A stretch of DNA of 54,287 nucleotides from an uncultured Candidatus Competibacteraceae bacterium. Lineage in GTDB: Bacteria > Pseudomonadota > Gammaproteobacteria > Competibacterales > JAHEDQ01. The DNA lies in contig CAZLYT010000496.1 in the NCBI GenBank assembly GCA_964563515.1, positions 1 through 54,287 on the forward strand, in the 5' to 3' direction. Below are positions 46,788 to 54,287 of the stretch, in pieces. Made by a program: the position numbers and the translations under genes. The notes under the pieces were generated by a model, which was given only the letters and a program-made list of their open reading frames with translations, was not told the DNA's origin and searched no databases. Positions within the stretch are counted from its first letter, which is position 1; each line of letters starts with the position of its first letter.

Positions 46788-46820
46788 CATTCCCAATCCC
46801 TGCGTCCACGAGGAGCGCCC

Positions 46821-47210
46821 ATGACCCGCGAAGTGATCCAGACCGAGCAGGCGCCGGCCGCCATTGGCACTTATTCCCAAGCCGTCCGTGTCGGCGATCT
46901 CGTCTTCCTTTCCGGACAGATTCCCTTGGATCCCGAAACCATGGAGATGGTCCCCGGCGGCGTGGAAGAGCAAACACGTCGAGTCTTCAGCAACCTGGAT
47001 GCGGTGGTCGCGGCGGCGGGTGGCAGCTTGGGCGATGTAGTGAAGCTCAACGTCTACCTCACCGATCTGACCAACTTCCCGGTCGTGAATCAGGTCATGG
47101 GCGAGCTGTTTCAGGAGCCGTATCCCGCTCGAGCAGCCATCGGCGTCTCGGCCTTGCCCAAGGGAGCCCTGGTAGAGGTCGAGGGAGTGCTCTACTTAGG
47201 GGGACGCTGA
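46821..47210 (+). CDS. ridA: RidA/YjgF-family reactive intermediate (enamine/imine) deaminase
   Basis: The 129-aa product reads [27 protein letters not shown]...[29 protein letters not shown] is present. Confidence 0.9.
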   Translation: MTREVIQTEQAPAAIGTYSQAVRVGDLVFLSGQIPLDPETMEMVPGGVEEQTRRVFSNLDAVVAAAGGSLGDVVKLNVYLTDLTNFPVVNQVMGELFQEPYPARAAIGVSALPKGALVEVEGVLYLGGR

Positions 47211-47258
47211 TCGATCCCTGGGAGCCGCCCGAGTATCGACGACCTGGTCCACAAGGAC

Positions 47259-49379
47259 TTGAACCACGTTCCGTGCGACGCCGAAGGTGCACCACGCGCT
47301 TCCGGAGACGTGCCGCTGACCAGCCTGCAGGGAATCGGTCCCCGGCTAAGTGAGCGGCTTGCGGGTCTGGGGCTACACGGGGTGCGGGACCTGCTGCTCC
47401 ACCTGCCCTTTCGCTACGAAGACCGCACCCGCCTGGTGGCGCTAGGGGCTTTGCTACCCGGTCAGTCCGCTGCCGTCGAAGGCGAGATCCTGGCGAGCGA
47501 GGTGCTCGGCTCCGGACGCCGAAGTACGCTGGTGGCTCGGATCAGCGACGGCACCGGCACGCTGCAACTCCGATTCATCAACTATCGCCCAGGCCACATC
47601 AGCGCGTTGAGGCGTGGCCGCCGGGTGCGCTGCTTCGGCGATGTGCGCAACAGCCACTACGGTGTGGAGATGGTCCATCCGGAGTTCCGAGATGCCACTG
47701 ACCCTCGCGCCCAGGCCGAGAGCGAGGGTTTGACCCCGGTGTATCCGGCGGCATCGGGCGTCCATCAGCTCACCCTCCGGAAACTCCTCACGCAGGCCCT
47801 GTCGTGGCTCGATGGCCCCACTGCCGAGCGCCTTGAGCTGCTTCCAGAGACGCTGCGTCAGCGCCTTTCCATGCCAGGCTTTGCCGAGGCCCTGCGGGCG
47901 TTGCACCAGCCCCCGGCCGGCACCCAGCCAGCCGAACTGTTGGCTGCCGTGCACCCGGCCCGGCGGCGTCTGGCTTTCGAGGAGCTGCTGGCGCACCAGC
48001 TCAGTCTGCGTCGCCTGCGCCAGCGCCTCCAGCGCAGCCCCGCTCCGCCTTTGCTTGGTGCGGGCGCGTTGGTGGCGAAGCTGATGGCAGGGCTGCCGTT
48101 CCGCCCCACTCGAGCCCAGCTGCGGGTGATCGACGAGATCCGCGCCGATCTGGAACAAGTCGCGCCCATGTTGCGTCTGGTCCAAGGCGATGTAGGGTCC
48201 GGGAAGACCCTGGTGGCGGCTGCCGCCGTGCTGCAGGCGGTCGAGTGCGGCTACCAGGCGGCGGTGATGGCGCCCACGGAGCTCCTGGCAGAACAGCATT
48301 GGCGCAACTTCTCCTTCTGGCTGGAGCCTTTGGGTGTGCCGGTCGCCTGGATTGCCGGAAGCCTGAAAGGGAAAGCCCGTAAGCAGTCGCTCGAGGAGAT
48401 CGCCAGCGGTGCGGCCCGGGTCGCGATCGGTACCCATGCGCTATTCCAGCAGGACGTCAGTTTTGAAGATCTGGGTCTGGTAGTAATCGACGAACAGCAC
48501 CGGTTCGGCGTTCACCAACGTCTGGCGCTACGGCAAAAAGGCGCCCAGGAAGGACGGGGTGTGCACCAGCTGATCATGACCGCGACACCCATTCCGCGAA
48601 CGCTGGCCATGACTGCCTATGCTGACCTGGACAGCTCCGTCATCGACGAGCTGCCGCCGGGCCGTAAACCGGTGACCACGGTGGTAATGGCAGATTCGCG
48701 CCGCGCCGACGTGGTGGCGCGGGTGGACCAGGCCTGTGCTCAGGGCCGGCAGGCCTATTGGGTGTGCACGTTGGTGGAGCAATCCGAGGTCCTCGAGTGC
48801 CAGGCTGCGGAGGCAACCGCGACCGCGCTGCAGGAGGCGCTGCCGTCCCGCCGCATCGGGCTGGTGCACGGAAGGCTCAAGGCCAGCGACAAGGAATCGG
48901 TCATGGCGGGCTTCAAGGCCGGGCAGATCGACCTGCTGGTGGCGACCACGGTGATCGAAGTCGGTGTCGATGTGCCGAATGCTAGCCTGATGATTATCGA
49001 GAACGCGGAACGCCTCGGCCTGGCGCAGTTGCACCAGCTGCGGGGCCGCGTCGGGCGGGGTCGCCTCGACAGCTTCTGCGTGTTGCTCTACAGCGCTCCC
49101 CTGTCCGAATTGGCCCGCGCCCGCTTGGAGGTCTTGCGGGGCAGCAACGACGGCTTCGAGATCGCGCGCCGCGATTTGGAGCTCCGCGGCCCTGGAGAGC
49201 TACTCGGTACCCGCCAGACCGGCCTGCTGCAGCTGCGGGTGGCGGATGTGGTCCGTGATCAGTCGATCCTTGGTGAGGTCAGCGAAGCGGCCAGCTGGCT
49301 GCAGCGCCAGGAACCGGACTCGGTGGATCCGCTGGTGACCGCTTGGCTCGGTTCCACGAGCTCATATGCCGAGGTGTAA
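47259..49379 (+). CDS. recG: ATP-dependent DNA helicase RecG
   Basis: The product has the wedge domain (PLTSLQGIGPRLSERL...LLHLPFRYEDRT), Walker A (GDVGSGKT) and DEQHRFG. The start (TTG 47259) is uncertain. Confidence 0.93.
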   Translation: MNHVPCDAEGAPRASGDVPLTSLQGIGPRLSERLAGLGLHGVRDLLLHLPFRYEDRTRLVALGALLPGQSAAVEGEILASEVLGSGRRSTLVARISDGTGTLQLRFINYRPGHISALRRGRRVRCFGDVRNSHYGVEMVHPEFRDATDPRAQAESEGLTPVYPAASGVHQLTLRKLLTQALSWLDGPTAERLELLPETLRQRLSMPGFAEALRALHQPPAGTQPAELLAAVHPARRRLAFEELLAHQLSLRRLRQRLQRSPAPPLLGAGALVAKLMAGLPFRPTRAQLRVIDEIRADLEQVAPMLRLVQGDVGSGKTLVAAAAVLQAVECGYQAAVMAPTELLAEQHWRNFSFWLEPLGVPVAWIAGSLKGKARKQSLEEIASGAARVAIGTHALFQQDVSFEDLGLVVIDEQHRFGVHQRLALRQKGAQEGRGVHQLIMTATPIPRTLAMTAYADLDSSVIDELPPGRKPVTTVVMADSRRADVVARVDQACAQGRQAYWVCTLVEQSEVLECQAAEATATALQEALPSRRIGLVHGRLKASDKESVMAGFKAGQIDLLVATTVIEVGVDVPNASLMIIENAERLGLAQLHQLRGRVGRGRLDSFCVLLYSAPLSELARARLEVLRGSNDGFEIARRDLELRGPGELLGTRQTGLLQLRVADVVRDQSILGEVSEAASWLQRQEPDSVDPLVTAWLGSTSSYAEV

Positions 49380-49475
49380 GCGCGGCGTGACCAAGAGGGG
49401 AGCCGGGCGTTATGGTGCGCGCTTTCGCTGGATCAGCCGAGTGCGGCCAGACCCATACAGACCGCCGAGGAGGAC

Positions 49476-50348
49476 ATGAGCAAAGGCGAACGCTTGCGCG
49501 AGTATGCATTGCTGATGCGGTTGGATCGGCCGATCGGCGCATTGCTGCTGCTTTGGCCCACCTTGTGGGCGTTGTGGGTGGCCGGCGCCGGCTCTCCGTC
49601 AGCCGGCGTGGTGGCGGTATTCTGCACCGGCGTATTCCTGATGCGTTCCGCCGGCTGCGTGATCAACGACTACGCCGATCGGGACATCGACCCGCACGTG
49701 CGCCGCACGCGGAGCCGGCCCTTGGCCGCCAAGCGGATCCAGCCCAAGGAAGCCCTGGGCTTGTTCGTGGTGCTGTGTTTGACGGCTTTCGCGCTGGTTC
49801 TGAGCCAAAACGCGTTGACGGTGCAAATGTCCGTGCTGGGCGCGCTGTTGGCGACCACCTACCCCTTCATGAAGCGTTACCACCACTTTCCCCAGGTCCA
49901 TCTGGGTGTCGCGTTCGGCTGGGCCGTACCCATGGCCTTCGCAGCCGAGACTGGCGGCGTCCCTCCGGAAGGTTGGTTGCTGTTCGCGGTGGCGGTGGTG
50001 TGGGCGGTGGCCTACGACACTCTCTACGCCATGGTGGATCGGGAGGATGACTTGCGGGTCGGGGTACGCTCCACCGCCATCCTGTTCGGGCAGATGGATC
50101 TGGTGGCGGTGGCGTTGGCTCAAGTTTGCGTGCTGAGCGGGCTGTTCCTGCTGGGACGCAGCTTGGGGCTGGGGCTTTCGTATCTGATCGGGCTCGCCGC
50201 CGCTGCCGGCCTGATGGCTTATCAGCAGTACCTGGCGCGGGAGCGGGACCCGTCTCAGTGCTTCAAGGCGTTTCTCAACAACAACTGGGTGGGCTTCGCG
50301 GTCTTCATGGGTATCGTCGCAGACTACTTGGTGACTGCGGAGACCTGA
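49476..50348 (+). CDS. ubiA: 4-hydroxybenzoate polyprenyltransferase
   Basis: The 290-aa membrane protein has LMRLDRPIG and NDYADRDID motifs. A GAGGAGGA SD is present. Confidence 0.93.
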   Translation: MSKGERLREYALLMRLDRPIGALLLLWPTLWALWVAGAGSPSAGVVAVFCTGVFLMRSAGCVINDYADRDIDPHVRRTRSRPLAAKRIQPKEALGLFVVLCLTAFALVLSQNALTVQMSVLGALLATTYPFMKRYHHFPQVHLGVAFGWAVPMAFAAETGGVPPEGWLLFAVAVVWAVAYDTLYAMVDREDDLRVGVRSTAILFGQMDLVAVALAQVCVLSGLFLLGRSLGLGLSYLIGLAAAAGLMAYQQYLARERDPSQCFKAFLNNNWVGFAVFMGIVADYLVTAET

Positions 50349-50378
50349 GCTGATCTCGCGTGGCAATATGGCACCCGA

Positions 50379-50600
50379 ATGAACTACCTCTTCGCTACAG
50401 TTTTCCTGGCGCTGGCCGTACTGATCGGCATGCAGCCTGGCATGGCGCCGGCTGGTGTCGGCATTGGCGCTCTAACCTTGATCATGCTTTGGCGCAGCAC
50501 CCGCGAGCCCAAGCGCCGATCGCGGGCGGCACCGCGGCGTAGGCGTCGGATCAGCGACATCCTCCCGTCCCGCGCAGATCGCGAGGGTGGCAACGACTAG
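50379..50600 (+). CDS. hypothetical small membrane protein (two hydrophobic segments plus Arg-rich tail)
   Basis: The 73-codon ORF is GC3-rich and has no clear SD. The product is MNYLFATVFLALAVLIGM...GIGALTLIMLW followed by KRRSRAAPRRRRR. Coding status is unproven. Confidence 0.35.
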   Translation: MNYLFATVFLALAVLIGMQPGMAPAGVGIGALTLIMLWRSTREPKRRSRAAPRRRRRISDILPSRADREGGND

Positions 50601-50636
50601 CCCGAACTCCACCGCCCCAGCCAGCAACGATCCGGC

Positions 50637-51563
50637 TCAGCCCAGCAGCCACAGCACCAGCGGCAGGGAGAACAGTGCCAGCCCCGTTTGTGCGGTCACG
50701 ATGGCGGCCATGAGTTCGGCATTGCCACCCATCTGGCGTGCCAGCAGATAGGCCGAGGGTGCTCCTGGAAGCGCCGCGAACAGAAGCAACGTCGCCCGCT
50801 CCAGCTCGCTCAAGGGCAGCATCGCCGTCACTGCGATCACCAGCAGGGGCATCAGCCCCAGCTTTAGCGCCAGCGCCAGGGCGAGGGGCAGGAAATGCTG
50901 CGCGGCCCCAAGGGGTCGCAAGCCGGCGCCGACTGCAAGCAGGCCGAGGGGCAGCGCCGCCCGTGCGAGGATGTCCAGCACCGGCGAGATCAGCGGAGGC
51001 GGGCCGAGGCCGGTGCCGCTCAACCCAATGCCCGCGGCACAGGCCAAAATCAGCGGATTGCGCAGCAGCGCCCGTAGCGTGCCGGCGAGCGGGGTCGGCC
51101 GATCGCCGGCATAGCGCGCCAGCACCCCGACGCAGAGCACATTGACCAGCGGTATCAGCACTCCGATCAGCAGCGCCGCTTGAGCCAGCCCTTCGCCGCC
51201 GAAGAGTGCCGCCGCCGCCGCCAATCCCAGGTAGGTATTGAAGCGGATGGCGCCCTGATACACCGAGCTGAAGTCCGGCCCGTCGGCAGCAATCTGCCGC
51301 CGGAACGCGAGCAGTAACAGCGTCATCAGCCCCATCAGCAGCAGCGCGGCGATAGTGAGCCGGCCCAGGCTGCCGAGACTCATGGGCGTGGCGGCCAGGC
51401 GGTTGACCAGCAGCGCCGGAAACAACACGAAGTAGGTCAGGCGTTCGGCGCCGGCCCAGAAATCGCCGCCGGGGATGCCGCAGCGTCGCATCAGGTAACC
51501 GAGCCCGATCAGCGTGAAAACGGGATAGAGCGCGCTCAACAACTGGCTGATACCGGTATCCAT
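50637..51563 (-). CDS. AEC (auxin efflux carrier) family transporter
   Basis: The 308-aa polytopic membrane protein has about 10 TM segments. Its N-terminus (ALYPVFTLIGLGYLMRR) and overall layout are typical of the AEC/Mem_trans family. Confidence 0.8.
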   Translation of the reverse strand: MDTGISQLLSALYPVFTLIGLGYLMRRCGIPGGDFWAGAERLTYFVLFPALLVNRLAATPMSLGSLGRLTIAALLLMGLMTLLLLAFRRQIAADGPDFSSVYQGAIRFNTYLGLAAAAALFGGEGLAQAALLIGVLIPLVNVLCVGVLARYAGDRPTPLAGTLRALLRNPLILACAAGIGLSGTGLGPPPLISPVLDILARAALPLGLLAVGAGLRPLGAAQHFLPLALALALKLGLMPLLVIAVTAMLPLSELERATLLLFAALPGAPSAYLLARQMGGNAELMAAIVTAQTGLALFSLPLVLWLLG

Positions 51564-51783
51564 GACCTTCCCCGGCGGTTCGAGATCGCCCAGCGCTCAG
51601 CGACCCGTCCGCTCAGGCATCTCCGGCGGGCTCTCCTATACTTCGCTGAGTCGCGGGGCAGCTCATGGCTGGTTCGAGCCGCGATGCCAACCTACAGCCC
51701 CCGTTCCAGTTCGGCCAGCAGCGGCCGACGCGGAGTGGCAGATCTCGCCGCTCCTCGGTGACATTCACTCACGAGGTGCAGTC

Positions 51784-54287
51784 ATGGCGACGTCCAACTA
51801 CAAGGACCTCGATCCACTCGAAACCCGCGATTGGGTTGACTCCCTGGACGCGGTGATCGAGCGCGATGGTCCCGATCGAGCCCACTTCATCGTAGAGAAG
51901 CTCATCGAACGCGCTCACGATGCCGGTGCGCAGTTTCCCTATATTGCGAATACCGCGTACGTGAATACGATTCCACCGGAGCTGGAGGAGCGCTCGCCCG
52001 GAGATCACGACCTGGAATGGCGGCTGCGCTCGCTGATCCGCTGGAACGCCATGGCCATGGTGGTGCGGGCCAACCGCAAGCCGGCCGAGCCCGGGGGGCA
52101 CATCGCGAGCTTCGCCTCGGCCGCGACCCTCTACGACGTGGGCTTCAACCATTTTTGGCACGCTCCGAGCGAAAACCACGGCGGCGACCTGATTTACATC
52201 CAGGGACATTCGGCGCCAGGGATCTATGCCCGGGCCTATCTGGAAGGCCGTATCAGCGAGGAGCAGCTGGAGGGTTTCCGCCAGGAGGTGGGTGGCATCG
52301 GATTGTCCTCCTATCCGCATCCCTGGTTGATGCCGGAGTTCTGGCAATTTCCCACGGTGTCCATGGGCCTCGCCCCTATCACCGCCATCTATCAGGCGCG
52401 GTTTCTCAAGTACCTACAAAACCGCGGGCTTGCTGACACCAAAAAGCGCAAGGTCTGGGCCTTCATGGGCGACGGCGAGATGGACGAGCCCGAATCCATG
52501 GGCGCCATCGGCCTTGCGACTCGGGAGCAGCTGGACAACCTGATCTTCGTCATCAACTGCAACCTGCAGCGCCTGGACGGACCGGTTCGCGGCAACGGCA
52601 AGATCATCCAGGAGCTGGAGGGCGAGTTCCGCGGCGCGGGTTGGAACGTGATCAAGGTGATCTGGGGCTCCTATTGGGACCCGCTGCTCGCCAAAGACGA
52701 CAAGGGCTTGCTGCGCAAGCGCATGGAAGAGGCCGTGGATGGCGAATACCAGAACTTCAAGGCCAGGGGCGGCGCCTACACCCGCAAGCACTTTTTCGGC
52801 AAGTACCAGGAGCTGCGGGATTTGGTGGCCAGCCTCTCGGACGAGGACATCTGGCGGCTGAATCGCGGTGGCCACGATCCGCACAAGATCTACGCCGCCT
52901 ATGTGGCCGCCGTGAGACATAGCGGGCAGCCGACGGTGATCCTGGCCAAGACCGTCAAGGGCTATGGCATGGGTGAAGCGGGCGAGGGCCAGAACATCAC
53001 CCATCAGCAGAAGAAGATGGGCGAGGAAGCGATGCGCAAGTTCCGCGATCGCTTCCACGTACCGATCCCCGACGAGCAGATCAAGGATGCGCCGTTCTAC
53101 CGGCCGGAGGAGGATTCCCCGGAAATCCGTTATCTCCACGAACGCCGCGAGGCCCTGGGCGGCTACCTGCCCCAGCGCCGAGCCCGTGGCGATTCCCTGC
53201 AGGCGCTACCTCTGGATCGCTTCGAGGCGCTGCTGAAGAGCACCGGGGAGCGCACCATGTCCACCACCATGGCACTGGTGCGAGTGTTGGCGACATTGGC
53301 CCGCGACAAGACCATCGGGCCACGGCTGGTGCCCATCGTGCCCGACGAGGCGCGCACTTTCGGCATGGAGGGCATGTTTCGACAGGTGGGGATCTACGCC
53401 CCCGAGGGACAGCTCTACGAGCCCATGGACGCCGATCAGATCATGCCCTATCGGGAGGACAAGAAGGGGCAGATTCTGCAGGAGGGAATCAACGAGGCCG
53501 GCGCCATCTCCTCTTGGATTGCGGCCGCCACCTCCTACAGTACCAACGGTATCTCCATGATTCCGGTCTACATCTTCTACTCCATGTTCGGGTTTCAGCG
53601 GGTTGGGGATCTGGCCTGGGCGGCCGGTGACATGCAGGCCCGGGGATTCTTGATCGGTGGCACCTCGGGACGAACCACGCTGAACGGGGAAGGGCTGCAG
53701 CACCAGGATGGCCACAGCCAGATTCACGCCTCCTTCATCCCCAACTGCATTGCCTATGACCCAACATTCCATTTCGAGGTCGCCGTCATCTTCCAAGACG
53801 GCATGCGGCGCATGTTCCAGGAGCAGGAGAATGTCTTCTATTACCTGACCACTCTGAACGAAAACTACACCCAGCCGGACCTGCCCGCCGGCGTGGAGGA
53901 AGGAATCGTCCGCGGGCTGTATCGATTGCAGCAGTCCAACGGTGGAGGGCGCGCCCGGGTCCAACTCATGGGCTGCGGGTCGATCCTTCGGGAGGTGATC
54001 GCCGCCGCCGACCTGCTGAAAAGCGACTTCGACGTGGATGCCGACATCTGGAGCGCTCCGAGCCTCAACCAACTCCGACGTGACGGCCTTGCCGTGGAAC
54101 GCTGGAACCGTCTGCATCCCCAGGAGCTGCCCCGGACGAGCTATGTCGAGCGCTGCTTCACTGGCACCGAGGGACCTATCGTGGCGGCCACTGATTACAT
54201 GAAGAGCTTCGCCGATCAGGTCCGCGGCTGGATGCCCCGGCGCTACGTGGTGCTCGGCACCGACGGCTACGGCCGCTCCGACAGCCG
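51784..54287 (+). CDS. aceE: pyruvate dehydrogenase E1 component (homodimeric type), 5' portion; continues past window end
   Basis: This ORF is not in the supplied track because it has no stop in the window. The ATG at 51784 is preceded by GAGGTG. I translated the start by hand as MATSNYKDLDPLETRDWVDSLDAVIERDGPDRAHFIVEKLIERAHDAG...NTIPPELE. The last in-frame codons read VLGTDGYGRSDS, as in AceE. The three minus-strand ORFs listed here are its shadows. Confidence 0.9.
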   Translation, partial: MATSNYKDLDPLETRDWVDSLDAVIERDGPDRAHFIVEKLIERAHDAGAQFPYIANTAYVNTIPPELEERSPGDHDLEWRLRSLIRWNAMAMVVRANRKPAEPGGHIASFASAATLYDVGFNHFWHAPSENHGGDLIYIQGHSAPGIYARAYLEGRISEEQLEGFRQEVGGIGLSSYPHPWLMPEFWQFPTVSMGLAPITAIYQARFLKYLQNRGLADTKKRKVWAFMGDGEMDEPESMGAIGLATREQLDNLIFVINCNLQRLDGPVRGNGKIIQELEGEFRGAGWNVIKVIWGSYWDPLLAKDDKGLLRKRMEEAVDGEYQNFKARGGAYTRKHFFGKYQELRDLVASLSDEDIWRLNRGGHDPHKIYAAYVAAVRHSGQPTVILAKTVKGYGMGEAGEGQNITHQQKKMGEEAMRKFRDRFHVPIPDEQIKDAPFYRPEEDSPEIRYLHERREALGGYLPQRRARGDSLQALPLDRFEALLKSTGERTMSTTMALVRVLATLARDKTIGPRLVPIVPDEARTFGMEGMFRQVGIYAPEGQLYEPMDADQIMPYREDKKGQILQEGINEAGAISSWIAAATSYSTNGISMIPVYIFYSMFGFQRVGDLAWAAGDMQARGFLIGGTSGRTTLNGEGLQHQDGHSQIHASFIPNCIAYDPTFHFEVAVIFQDGMRRMFQEQENVFYYLTTLNENYTQPDLPAGVEEGIVRGLYRLQQSNGGGRARVQLMGCGSILREVIAAADLLKSDFDVDADIWSAPSLNQLRRDGLAVERWNRLHPQELPRTSYVERCFTGTEGPIVAATDYMKSFADQVRGWMPRRYVVLGTDGYGRSDS

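Noticed and set aside
51577-51678. GGTTCGAG direct repeat (51577-51584 and 51671-51678) and possible PdhR operator in the AEC/aceE divergent spacer.
   Set aside because: The 8-mer repeat is compatible with chance. No AATTGGT-N3-ACCAATT-like PdhR palindrome is present. Only a small CCTCG...CGAGG stem near the aceE SD remains, and it is too weak to call.

Overview
This window is a visibly GC-rich (not computed) gammaproteobacterial chromosomal core segment. It is almost wall-to-wall housekeeping genes, about 51 CDS. I saw no tRNA or rRNA genes, CRISPR arrays, IS elements, integrases, phage genes or defence-type genes. Gene order runs: hisB(partial)-hisH-hisA-hisF-hisE-tatA-tatB-tatC; phbB; a MOSC gene coupled to tesA (minus strand); metK and ahcY (minus); tkt-gap-pgk-pyk-fba (plus); class I fumarase coupled to a small membrane protein (minus); a CBS-domain gene; a NUDIX gene; then hemE, gltD, gltB, aroB, aroK, pilQ, pilP, pilO, pilN, pilM (all minus). 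This block lies divergent from ponA, which is the classic Pseudomonas-like ponA/pilMNOPQ-aroKB-gltBD-hemE synteny. After that come an uncharacterised 200-aa gene; gltA; rpmE (type B L31); rph-rdgB-hemW-CPXCG-rof (minus); yicC-gmk-rpoZ-spoT-ridA-recG-ubiA (plus); a small membrane ORF; an AEC transporter; and the 5' part of aceE, which runs off the window end and is not in the supplied ORF track. Many listed ORFs are N-terminally over-extended, and I corrected their starts by homology-style reasoning. The many long antisense or alternate-frame ORFs are GC-rich shadow ORFs. I do not see a convincing novel multi-gene system, and this looks like an ordinary core region. The findings below are modest. 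They cover a 480-nt ORF-free metK/tkt spacer, a structured ahcY-MOSC spacer with a His-rich mini-ORF, several tight translational couplings involving uncharacterised small proteins, two in-frame tandem duplications in protein tails, a T8 tract in ponA, and absence of hisI from the his cluster.
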